From Thermoanaerobaculia bacterium (GTDB taxonomy: Bacteria > Acidobacteriota > Thermoanaerobaculia > Gp7-AA8): 51,429 nucleotides of DNA. The DNA lies in contig DATAMS010000647.1 in assembly GCA_036260495.1 (NCBI GenBank), forward strand, positions 1 to 51,429, read 5' to 3'. Below, in pieces: positions 25,841 to 33,837 of this stretch (position 1 is its first letter; each line of letters opens with the position of its first letter). A model generated the notes under the pieces. That model saw nothing but the letters and a program-made list of their open reading frames with translations, was not told the DNA's origin and did not search any database. The position numbers and the translations under genes are program-made.

Positions 25841-26072
25841 ACCAGCTCCCAACGAGATGCGGCCGCACTACGACTTCGACTACAGCAAGTCGCGCTCGAA
25901 TCGTTTCGCATCCCGGCCAAAGCTCGGCCGTGTTCGTTCGATCGTTCTCGAACCCGATGTCGCGGAGGTGTTCCACTCGTCGGACGAGGTCAACGAGTTG
26001 CTTCGTTCGATCATTACCAACCTCCCTTCCCGGCGAGCGGAGAAAAAGCCGCTGAAGAAACGCGCTAGCTGA
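25818..26072 (+). CDS. Small antitoxin-like protein partnered with brnT
   Basis: Internal ATG at 25818 (84 aa) overlapping the brnT 3' end. The pattern YDFDYSKSRSNRF...VLEPDVAEVFHSSDEVNELLRSI is typical of short antitoxins encoded downstream of DUF497 toxins. Confidence 0.55.
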   Translation: MKKNHAAEPAPNEMRPHYDFDYSKSRSNRFASRPKLGRVRSIVLEPDVAEVFHSSDEVNELLRSIITNLPSRRAEKKPLKKRAS

Positions 26073-26112
26073 TGGAGGATGAGGTTACGCTAGCTGATGG
26101 AGGATGAGGTTA
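26063..26112 (+). repeat. Perfect 25-bp tandem duplication
   Basis: CGCTAGCTGATGGAGGATGAGGTTA occurs twice (26063-26087 and 26088-26112). Copy 1 holds the antitoxin stop (26070-26072). Copy 2 holds the stop of the convergent cNMP-DUF1003 gene (26110-26112). Confidence 0.95.
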
Positions 26113-26961
26113 CGCGGGCCGGTTCGCGCGAAGCTCCTGTTCCAACACTGCAAACCGCGCCAGCATCTGCTCGTACATCCGGTCGGTCTTCTCGTGCAGG
26201 TGCGCGACCTCCAGCTCCGCCTTCACGTTGATCTCGTACTCGACGTCGGACCGGACGTGGTCCTTTTCGGCCTGACGGTTCTGGCTGACGAGGACGAAGC
26301 ACGATAGGAAAATCGCTTCGAGCGAGACGATCATCGTCAGCAGCCCGAACGGGTAAGGATCGAAGCGCGGCAGGCCCACGTTCGTCGTATTGATGATGAT
26401 CCAAATGATGAACCAGATCCCGTTCATCATGAGGAAGGGCATGCTGCCGCTGAACCAGGCGATCCAGTCGGCCACCTTTTGCAGCGTGGTCAGATGCTCT
26501 TCGACCTCTTCGTTGACGTTGCGCGACACACGTGTGCGCAGCAGCTCGTCGGCTTTGCGCATCATTCCTGTGACCGCCGCCAGCATGCTCACGGCGCTGT
26601 CGGGATGGCGTTGAAAAAGAAGAAGGAGATCTTCGCGGTCGAGCTCGAGCAGCTCGCTGTCCGACAGCGCGACCGCCGTCGCCGTCCGCGCACCGCGATC
26701 GAGAAGCGCCAGCTCGCCAAAGAGGCCTCCCTCGACCGCGTTCATCAACACGATCTTCTGGCCGGTGTTGTCGCGAATGAAAAGCTCGACCTCACCGCTG
26801 CGGACGACGAAGAGCGATTCGCCGGGATGGCCGGCTTCGAAGAGCGTCTGGCCGGCGGTTACATGAATGTTGTCGACGACCGCGGCAAGCGCAGCGCGGT
26901 CTTCGTCACTGAGCAACTCGAAAAGCTTGACGCCGGAGAGAAGTTTCGGATCGCATCCCAT
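26110..26961 (-). CDS. Cyclic-nucleotide-binding domain fused to a DUF1003 membrane domain
   Basis: 283-aa ORF. The N-terminus carries a cNMP-binding fold (FGELALLDRGARTATAVA). The C-terminus has two TM helices plus a coiled tail that matches the DUF1003 layout (FDPYPFGLLTMIVSLEAIFLS...QNRQAEKD). Confidence 0.8.
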   Translation of the reverse strand: MGCDPKLLSGVKLFELLSDEDRAALAAVVDNIHVTAGQTLFEAGHPGESLFVVRSGEVELFIRDNTGQKIVLMNAVEGGLFGELALLDRGARTATAVALSDSELLELDREDLLLLFQRHPDSAVSMLAAVTGMMRKADELLRTRVSRNVNEEVEEHLTTLQKVADWIAWFSGSMPFLMMNGIWFIIWIIINTTNVGLPRFDPYPFGLLTMIVSLEAIFLSCFVLVSQNRQAEKDHVRSDVEYEINVKAELEVAHLHEKTDRMYEQMLARFAVLEQELRANRPA

Positions 26962-27005
26962 TCGCGCATTGTAGCGGGGGACGTTTCACGCGGAGATGCG
27001 GAGAA

Positions 27006-27040
27006 ATCAGAGACAGGTGCTCTGATCTCTTGTCTCTGAT
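27006..27040 (-). terminator. Hairpin immediately after the crp stop
   Basis: The 10-bp perfect stem ATCAGAGACA (27006-27015) pairs with TGTCTCTGAT (27031-27040), 1 nt downstream of the TAA. Only a weak T-tract (TTCTCC) follows on the minus strand. Confidence 0.4.
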
Positions 27041-27041
27041 C

Positions 27042-27761
27042 TTACGCCGCCGATCGCTTGATCAGCTTTCGCGAAAACACGCTCAAGCGGTCGTTGATCG
27101 AGGTGTGGCACTCGCACGACTTCGCCTTCAGTCCAACGACGTCGCGAACGATGATGTGATTCCGGCGGCTCTCGATCACGGCATCCATCGCCAGCGCATT
27201 CACGGCAATGGAAACACCCGGGCGGTGAACGCCGAGCATGTGCGCGAGGAAGTCGTGCGTCATCTGCAGATCGTCGTTTCCGACACGCTCCCTCACGATC
27301 AGCACCCACTTCGCCAGGCGTTGTTCGATCGGATGCAGCCGGTTGCAGACGGCGTTCTGCGTCACCTGGTCGAGAAAGATGCTCGTGTATTCGAGCAACA
27401 GCTCGCGAAACGGCTCGTTGGTGCGAAAGAGCTCCTTGATGCGCGAGGCCTTCACGCGCGAAAACCGTCCCTCGCCCTGAACGAGCGCCTCGCTGCCGGC
27501 CGGCGGCGTTTGCGTGAGGAGCGAATGGACGTGGAAGACACCTTCACCGCCGATCACGCCCACCTCGACCATCGAACCGCTTTCGGTGGAACGGATAATC
27601 GACACAAGCGCGCTGGTGTGCGGAAAGAAAATGAATTCCGGACTCTCGTCCGCCTTGATGAGCACCTCGGACAACCGATGATCGGACTCCTGCACGTGCA
27701 GCGAACTTCGCACATCGGGCGGAAGGGTATCGAGAAGAAGACTACGGCTCAGGGTGGGCAC
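27042..27761 (-). CDS. Crp/Fnr family transcriptional regulator
   Basis: 239-aa ORF with an N-terminal cNMP-binding-like beta-roll and a C-terminal HTH (THDFLAHMLGVHRPGVSIAVNAL). Confidence 0.8.
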   Translation of the reverse strand: MPTLSRSLLLDTLPPDVRSSLHVQESDHRLSEVLIKADESPEFIFFPHTSALVSIIRSTESGSMVEVGVIGGEGVFHVHSLLTQTPPAGSEALVQGEGRFSRVKASRIKELFRTNEPFRELLLEYTSIFLDQVTQNAVCNRLHPIEQRLAKWVLIVRERVGNDDLQMTHDFLAHMLGVHRPGVSIAVNALAMDAVIESRRNHIIVRDVVGLKAKSCECHTSINDRLSVFSRKLIKRSAA

Positions 27762-28066
27762 TGCTCCTCCGGAAGCGACGGGTTACGTGAACCGCGACGA
27801 GATCAGGAAGAGACGTTCGCTTAGTACGTCAGTGCCAAATACCGAAGGATCGGCGGGCCGATCGTGCAACTGCACCGTTCAAACTGCCCTGCTCATCGCC
27901 AGATTCCGCAGCAGCGGCTGTGAGGCGCGTATGCTCGCTCAAGACGGTCTCTGCGCTTTGTTCGATAGAATACGGACCGTAGGGAAGGCGGCGATGTGGC
28001 CTGATTGTTCGTCTCAGCAATAACGCTCACACGATTTTCGTCCGGCAAGCCAACGGACGGTGCCCC

Positions 28067-28477
28067 ATGTCGATCACCCTGGAACGCCTCGCTCCCCGAG
28101 TGCTCATCGTCGATGATGACGACGGCATCCAGACCCTCATGAAGGCGCTCCTGCGACGTCGCGAAGTCATCGTCGACAGCGCCTCGGATGGCGATGCCGC
28201 CCTTCGCAAGATGCGCGAGCTCCGCTACGACTCGATCGTTCTCGATCTGATGCTGCCGAAGGTGAACGGTTTCGAGATCGTCCGGGAACTGAAGACCAGT
28301 TTGCCGGACCTTCTGAAACGAACCATCGTCGTCACCGCCGTCTCGAATCACGCACTCGCGGACTTCGAAGACAGCGAGCTCGTTCGCCGCGTCCTCCGCA
28401 AGCCGTTCGACATCAACGAGTTCATCGATGAAGTGCTGGCCTGCGCGAGCGACAACAACGGAGTAATTGACAATTGA
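28067..28477 (+). CDS. Single-domain response regulator (CheY-like receiver)
   Basis: 136-aa ORF with the acidic pocket VDDDD, the phospho-acceptor region IVLDLMLP and KPF. The last codons and the stop lie inside a tandem ATTGACA heptamer run. Confidence 0.85.
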   Translation: MSITLERLAPRVLIVDDDDGIQTLMKALLRRREVIVDSASDGDAALRKMRELRYDSIVLDLMLPKVNGFEIVRELKTSLPDLLKRTIVVTAVSNHALADFEDSELVRRVLRKPFDINEFIDEVLACASDNNGVIDN

Positions 28478-28493
28478 CAAGGGACAATTGACA
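28466..28493 (+). repeat. Tandem heptamers ATTGACA/ATTGACA/AGGGACA/ATTGACA
   Basis: Direct reading of the sequence. The response-regulator stop codon (28475-28477) lies in unit 2. Degenerate TCTnnnn heptads follow up to about 28560. Confidence 0.8.
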
Positions 28494-28659
28494 ACGAGGG
28501 CTGAAGGGTTGTTGCCTGGTCTCTTGTCTCTGCCCTCTCGTTTCTGACCTCCCCGCGACTCCGCGTCTCCGCGTGACCGTTCCCCGTAATGCAACCCATT
28601 GCATTCACCCCCCTCGTCAGCGTATTAGTTCAGCCACGTAAAACCGAGGAGCATCCGAG

Positions 28660-30021
28660 ATGACGGCAACAGCAGAAACCACTGGCGCAATGACCGCGGA
28701 AGAGATCGTCTCACTGACCAAACGCCACACGATTTTTTCCTGGTCCGCGCAGGGCAGCGTCAATCCCATCCCCATGGTCCGCGGCGAAGGCATCTACTTC
28801 TGGGACGCCAACGGCAAGCGCTACATGGACATGAACTCGCAGCTCATGTGCGTGAACATCGGCCACGGCGACCGGCGCGTCATCGATGCCATCAAACGGC
28901 AGGCCGAGGAATTGGCGTATGCGGGGCCGGGGATGGCGACGCCGGTGCGCGCGCGCGTCGGCAAGATGCTCGCGGACCTCACGCCCGGCGATCTCAATCG
29001 CTTCTTCTTCACCCTCGGCGGCGCCGAAGCCAACGAAAACGCCATCCGCGTCGCGCGCATGGTCACCGGCCGCCAGAAAATCATGGTCCGCTATCGCTCG
29101 TATCACGGCGCCACAGCGGGCGCGATCTCGCTCACCGGCGATCCGCGCCGCTGGGCCAATGAGCCTGGCCTTCCCGGCGTCGTCCGCTTCTTCGATCCCT
29201 ACAAATACCGCAGCCATCTTTTCCGCGAAGGCGACAGCGACGAGATGTTCACGCGCCGCTGCCTCGACGAGATCGAAGAGACGTTGATGTACGAAGGTCC
29301 GCAGACCATCGCTGCGATTTTCATCGAGACGGTCACCGGCACGAACGGCCTCATCGTCCCGCCCGACGGTTATCTCCAGGGCCTGCGCCAGATCTGCGAC
29401 CGTCACGGCATCCTCCTCGTCTGCGACGAAGTGATGTGCGGCCTCGGCAGAACCGGAAAATGGTTCGCCGCCGATCATTGGAACGTCGTCCCCGACATGA
29501 TCACAATGGCCAAGGGATTGACGTCGGCGTACCTGCCGCTTGGCGCGCTGGCGTTGAGCGACCGCCTCGCCAACTATTTCGACAAGAACATTTTCTTCGG
29601 CGGTCTCACATACAACGCGCATCCGATGAGCCTCGCCGCGGCCGAAGCGTGCCTGCAGGCGATGATCGACGACGACACGATGGTGCACACGCAGAAGATG
29701 GGACGCGTCCTCCGCGATCTTCACGGCGCGATGAAGGACAAGCACCCCTCGGTCGGCGACGTCCGCTCCATCGGCCTCTTCGGCGTCCTGGAATTGGTGC
29801 GCAATCGCGCAACGAAAGAACCGATGGCCCCGTTCAACGGCACCAGCCCCGAAATGCAAAAGCTCGGCGCGTTCCTGAAAGAAAACGGCATGTACGCGTT
29901 CATCAATTGGAACAATCTCTTCACGAATCCGCCGCTGTGCATCACGGAATCGCAGCTCCGCGAGGCGTTCGAGCTGATCGATCGCGGGCTGGAGATTACG
30001 GACGCCGCGGTGACTCAATAA
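28660..30021 (+). CDS. Class-III (omega) aminotransferase, PLP-dependent
   Basis: 453-aa ORF with YHG, LVCDEVMCGLGRTGKWF and the PLP-lysine context ITMAKGLTS. Confidence 0.85.
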   Translation: MTATAETTGAMTAEEIVSLTKRHTIFSWSAQGSVNPIPMVRGEGIYFWDANGKRYMDMNSQLMCVNIGHGDRRVIDAIKRQAEELAYAGPGMATPVRARVGKMLADLTPGDLNRFFFTLGGAEANENAIRVARMVTGRQKIMVRYRSYHGATAGAISLTGDPRRWANEPGLPGVVRFFDPYKYRSHLFREGDSDEMFTRRCLDEIEETLMYEGPQTIAAIFIETVTGTNGLIVPPDGYLQGLRQICDRHGILLVCDEVMCGLGRTGKWFAADHWNVVPDMITMAKGLTSAYLPLGALALSDRLANYFDKNIFFGGLTYNAHPMSLAAAEACLQAMIDDDTMVHTQKMGRVLRDLHGAMKDKHPSVGDVRSIGLFGVLELVRNRATKEPMAPFNGTSPEMQKLGAFLKENGMYAFINWNNLFTNPPLCITESQLREAFELIDRGLEITDAAVTQ

Positions 30022-30033
30022 AACGCCGCGGAT

Positions 30034-31332
30034 GTGATGAAAGAGCGCACGGCGGCAGTGATCGCGGGAGTCGCCACCGCGTCAGCTCTGGCCGTGGTCT
30101 GCTATCGCGGAATCTACCTTCGCTGGTTCGCTGACGACTACTGGACCGCCGGCGTCACCGCCACGCACGGTTTCTGGGGCGGGCAGGCGCTCTGGTACCG
30201 CATCTGGAGCGGCCGCTACGTCTTCACGTTCGTGCAGACCGTGCTCGTTTCGATGGGACCGCGAGCAAGCATTTTTCTTGTCGCCACCGCCACGCTCGGA
30301 TTGGTCGCGGCGTTGCGCGCGCGTTTGCGATGGCCTCTGGCTCTGGCGATGGCGTACGCGATTCTCCTTGGCACGAGTGACGTGCCGCAGTCGCTGCTGT
30401 GGCAGACCGGCCTGCTCAGCTACACGATTCCGCTGGCGGTTTTCGTGTGGTGGCTGGGCAACGCTGCGGAGCGCGAGGAGGTTCGGTGGTTTGACTTCGT
30501 CGTGCTTCTCGTGTCGGGCGGATGTTCGGAGACGGGGGTGCTCGCACAAATCGTGGTCTGTGCGATTGCCTTCGCGTCGTGGCGGCGCAAGCCGATGCTG
30601 GCCGCGCTTCTCGGATCTCTAGTCTCGCTCGCCGTCATCGCCGCGGCGCCCGGGAATCTCGTAAGAAAAGCGGCATATCCGGCGATGCCTCCTCTTCTTC
30701 ACGTGCTCGAGGCGATGGCGAGCGATGCAGGAGCATTCCTGGCAAACACGTTCGCCAGTTCCGGCATCGCTCTCCTGCTCGTCTTCCTCGCCGCGGCACT
30801 TTTCGCGCCACGCGTTTCGCGGCGTCTCACGATCGTGGCCGTCCTCTGCGCGATCGTGTGCGTGCTCGTCACCTTCGCGCCGGCGCAAGCAATCCTTCTG
30901 ACCGCATTGCCGCTACGCGCGAGGATCGTTCCGTACGCGTTCGTCGTCGCAGCGGTAGCAGCCGCCGGCGCGACGGTGCCGTGGCAGGAGCGATGGCGCG
31001 GAGCGCTCGCCGCCGCTCTGATCGTCACGTCGATCGCGCCGCTCATCACCGCCGTGCAAATGGCGCGTGAGATTCCGCAAGCGCGAACCTTCGCCAGACG
31101 CTGGGACAGCCTCGATGCGTTTCTCCGAACCAACCGCGGGAAAGAAGTCTTCGTCGATCACGCGCCTGGGATGGCCGGCACGCTTCTCTTCATCGCACAC
31201 GATCCCGCCGGCAACCGATTCATGCGCGACACATACGGCTTGCGCTCGCTAGCCAGCATGCCACCCGATCACAACGGCCGGCTGGTGACCGGGCCACTAC
31301 CGAAGGACGCGGTTCGTTATCGTTTCGATTAG
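30034..31332 (+). CDS. Polytopic membrane protein (possible GT-C-type glycosyltransferase/polymerase)
   Basis: 432-aa ORF with GTG at 30034 and ATG at 30037. It has about 10 or more hydrophobic helices and sits next to polysaccharide genes. No specific motif is assigned. Confidence 0.55.
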   Translation: MMKERTAAVIAGVATASALAVVCYRGIYLRWFADDYWTAGVTATHGFWGGQALWYRIWSGRYVFTFVQTVLVSMGPRASIFLVATATLGLVAALRARLRWPLALAMAYAILLGTSDVPQSLLWQTGLLSYTIPLAVFVWWLGNAAEREEVRWFDFVVLLVSGGCSETGVLAQIVVCAIAFASWRRKPMLAALLGSLVSLAVIAAAPGNLVRKAAYPAMPPLLHVLEAMASDAGAFLANTFASSGIALLLVFLAAALFAPRVSRRLTIVAVLCAIVCVLVTFAPAQAILLTALPLRARIVPYAFVVAAVAAAGATVPWQERWRGALAAALIVTSIAPLITAVQMAREIPQARTFARRWDSLDAFLRTNRGKEVFVDHAPGMAGTLLFIAHDPAGNRFMRDTYGLRSLASMPPDHNGRLVTGPLPKDAVRYRFD

Positions 31333-31514
31333 AAGCGCGACATGATTGAAGGCCTCGCCGCGAATTTACCGCCGGCGAATTTCCGCCCCAGTGCCCGCAG
31401 AGTGTGGCGAGCTCAATCAGCCGAACCGCCGAGTGCGGAACGAGCACGCACGGTGGTGCGGGAGGGCGGAGCCGCGAGGCTCCCCCTATCCCGAATCGAG
31501 AAGTCCCGCACTCC

Positions 31515-32744
31515 TCACTTCACATCGGCTAGCCGGAAGGTGCTGTCCGAGGTGCGGTTGTCGATGACGGAGCTGTAGACGAAGGCTCTGCCGCCGAAGA
31601 CGTTGAAGGTAATCAAAATGTATCCGCCCGGCGGTACCGCGGTCGCGCCGGTAAACGTGGCCACCGGCATCTGATCAAACACGTTCGGCCCATAAGGCGG
31701 CAAAACGCGGGTGGCTTTGATTGCCCCCGTTGCGTCGAACGTGGAGACGCTGAGGGTTGCGCCGCTGTCGAGCGTTCGCACGCCGATGTTCATCCGGAAA
31801 TTCGTCAGGTCTGACGGAATCAACAGGACTCCCCGGCTGAAGTAATCGAGTGCGTCGTTCGGCGACACTCCCTCCTCGGAAAATCCGGACGTGCCGGCCG
31901 TTCCGCCGTCGCTGAAAACGCGCGCGGTGGCGATCGGCGCGTCGCCACCGTTTGTGACGATGTCGAGCGTGCCGAGACCGCTGGTGCCCATCGACGCGAT
32001 GACGTCCGGATAGGAAGTGGACTGCCCGGCAGGCAGCGTGAAGTCGAGAGATGGATCGCCCGGACCCGGCGACTGGAGCTGCTTGTGAAAAACAAGTTTG
32101 CCGGTGATGGACGAACCCGTCGGATTCAGCATCTGCAGCGAAGTTCGGAAGAATGCGCTCGATCCCTGAACCGCGCCGGCGGCGGGAAGGATGCGCACCA
32201 GCAGCGGGTCGCTGTTGAACGCGACCGCGCCGATGGCAAGGCCACTCGAGTAGTTCGATGAGCTACCGATCACGCCTGAAGTCGTGCTCATGTCAGCAGT
32301 GGTCACCAGGTTGTAGCCGGTGCTGCTGGCGAACGATTGCGTCCGGATCGAGCCGCAGGTCGCCACAGGAAGCAGTTGCACGACGCCGATGAAATCGCCC
32401 TGGTTCACGTTGACGGGCGGCGTCAGCGTGACTTCGTTGCGTCCGCTGACGGCATTGAAAGGTCCACGGGAGGCCACGAGAGTAAATGAAGAAACGGAAT
32501 TGAAGGTTTCTCGCAGGAAGACGATCTTGAACGCATTCGAGCAGGTGGCGCTCCAGGCCACGGTGGCCTTGTTGACCGTACCGTTCGCCGTTGCGCCGTT
32601 GCTGAGGTTCACGTACGTAACCGGCCCGCCGTTCGTGATCGTCGCCGTGCCGCCGGTGTCCACGATCTGCGTACCGACGGTGAGTGGTTGAGCGGCGAGC
32701 GATGAAGCGAAGAGAAAAACGACGATGGCGAAGGTATTGCGCAC
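31515..32744 (-). CDS. Secreted hypothetical protein (beta-rich, Ser/Thr/Gly-rich)
   Basis: 409-aa ORF with a signal-peptide-like N-terminus (FAIVVFLFASSLAAQP). I recognise no catalytic motif. Confidence 0.6.
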   Translation of the reverse strand: MRNTFAIVVFLFASSLAAQPLTVGTQIVDTGGTATITNGGPVTYVNLSNGATANGTVNKATVAWSATCSNAFKIVFLRETFNSVSSFTLVASRGPFNAVSGRNEVTLTPPVNVNQGDFIGVVQLLPVATCGSIRTQSFASSTGYNLVTTADMSTTSGVIGSSSNYSSGLAIGAVAFNSDPLLVRILPAAGAVQGSSAFFRTSLQMLNPTGSSITGKLVFHKQLQSPGPGDPSLDFTLPAGQSTSYPDVIASMGTSGLGTLDIVTNGGDAPIATARVFSDGGTAGTSGFSEEGVSPNDALDYFSRGVLLIPSDLTNFRMNIGVRTLDSGATLSVSTFDATGAIKATRVLPPYGPNVFDQMPVATFTGATAVPPGGYILITFNVFGGRAFVYSSVIDNRTSDSTFRLADVK

Positions 32745-32834
32745 GTGAGCTCCTTTTTGGTTTTGGGCAGGAAGCAGATGCAGAATGCGTGACAGGAGTG
32801 CGGTGGGGACTCTCAGGATAAACTCAACTCACTC

Positions 32835-33626
32835 TTGGACTCCCTCCGAACTCTCTACCGCTACCGCCAGCTCATCGTTGCGCTTACGGCGCGCGATCTG
32901 AAAGCGCGTTACCGCGGCTCGATCCTCGGATTTTTTTGGTCGCTGGCGAACCCGCTCCTGCTGCTCGCGGTCTACACGATCGTCTTCACGTTCCTGTTTC
33001 CGCCGAATCTCGTCCATCCCTATCCGCTGTTTCTTTTTGCCGGGATCCTGCCGTGGACGTTCTTCTCCGCCGCCGTTCTCGAATCGACGATGTCGATCTC
33101 GTCGAACGCGGGGCTGATCAAGAAGGTGATGTTTCCCGCCGAGGCGTTGCCGCTGGTCACGGTGGCATCGCATCTCGTGCATTTCGTCCTGGCCATGCCC
33201 ATCCTCCTTCTCGCCACGCTCGGCTACGCGATTCACGGCGACATCAAAGTCACTCTCACCATCCTGCTCGTGCCGGTTTTCATGATCCTGCAGACGCTCT
33301 TCGTGGCCGGCATCGCCATGACCGTTTCGTCCGCGTCGGTGCTCTTTCGTGATCTTCGCGACATCCTGACGAATCTGATGCAGCTCGGCTTTTTCGTGAC
33401 GCCGATTCTCTATCTCGTCGATCGCGTCCAATCACGTCCGCTGCGCGCGCTACTGCGGCTCAATCCGATGACGCCGTTCGTGATTTCGTACCAGGACGTG
33501 CTGTTCTTCGGACATTTGCCCGGGCTCGCCGACTCGTTACTGATGATTGCGTACGCGTCGTTCTCCGTGGCGATGGGCGTGATCGTGTTCGGAAGACTGC
33601 GCGATACGCTGGCGGAGGCGATTTAG
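32835..33626 (+). CDS. wzm: ABC-2 type polysaccharide/O-antigen export permease
   Basis: 263-aa ORF with a TTG start. The N-terminal stretch LIVALTARDLKARYRGSILGFFWSLANPLL is the hallmark of Wzm/TagG permeases, and there are six TM segments. Confidence 0.8.
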   Translation: MDSLRTLYRYRQLIVALTARDLKARYRGSILGFFWSLANPLLLLAVYTIVFTFLFPPNLVHPYPLFLFAGILPWTFFSAAVLESTMSISSNAGLIKKVMFPAEALPLVTVASHLVHFVLAMPILLLATLGYAIHGDIKVTLTILLVPVFMILQTLFVAGIAMTVSSASVLFRDLRDILTNLMQLGFFVTPILYLVDRVQSRPLRALLRLNPMTPFVISYQDVLFFGHLPGLADSLLMIAYASFSVAMGVIVFGRLRDTLAEAI

Positions 33627-33823
33627 GGGTTGCTGGGTTGCTCGGTTGCTGGGTTTTTGGGTTGCCGGGTTGCCGGGTTACCTGGTTGCCGGCGGCAGTC
33701 CGGTTTGTTTGAAGACAAATCATCAAAGCCAAACGTACTCAATCATTCGCCGGCAACCCGACAACCCGGCAACCCGACAACCCGACAACCCCAGCAACCT
33801 AGCAACTCGGCAACCCAGCAACC
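33627..33823. repeat. ~200-nt palindrome with 8-nt-period arms between wzm and wzt
   Basis: The left arm is (N)GGGTTGC-type octamers (33627-33693). The right arm is the complementary GCAACCC(N) octamers (33748-33823). The central 54-nt spacer holds a small hairpin. Confidence 0.9.
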
Positions 33824-33837
33824 ATAATCACCACAAC

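Noticed and set aside
27762-28066. A tRNA, riboswitch or other structured ncRNA in the long spacers (also 13670-13787, 15456-15664, 28478-28659 and 31333-31514).
   Set aside because: I found no T-loop (GTTCGAATC-like) or cloverleaf pattern. I found no RNase P, SRP or tmRNA signature strings, and no riboswitch core I can recognise by eye. A covariance-model scan (Infernal/Rfam, tRNAscan-SE) would be needed to exclude them.
27026-28532. The 13-nt direct repeat TCTCTTGTCTCTG at 27026-27038 and 28520-28532, which flanks the crp and receiver genes and could be a mobile-cassette boundary.
   Set aside because: In 51 kb roughly a dozen or more exact 13-mer coincidences are expected by chance. The sequence is low-complexity CT-rich, and there is no recombinase or GC shift.
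33627-33823. A possible CRISPR array or other spacer-repeat array, suggested by many short direct repeats.
   Set aside because: The units are 7-8 nt, contiguous and without spacers, and they are mirrored by a complementary arm. No cas genes are present. This is a palindromic repeat, not a CRISPR array.
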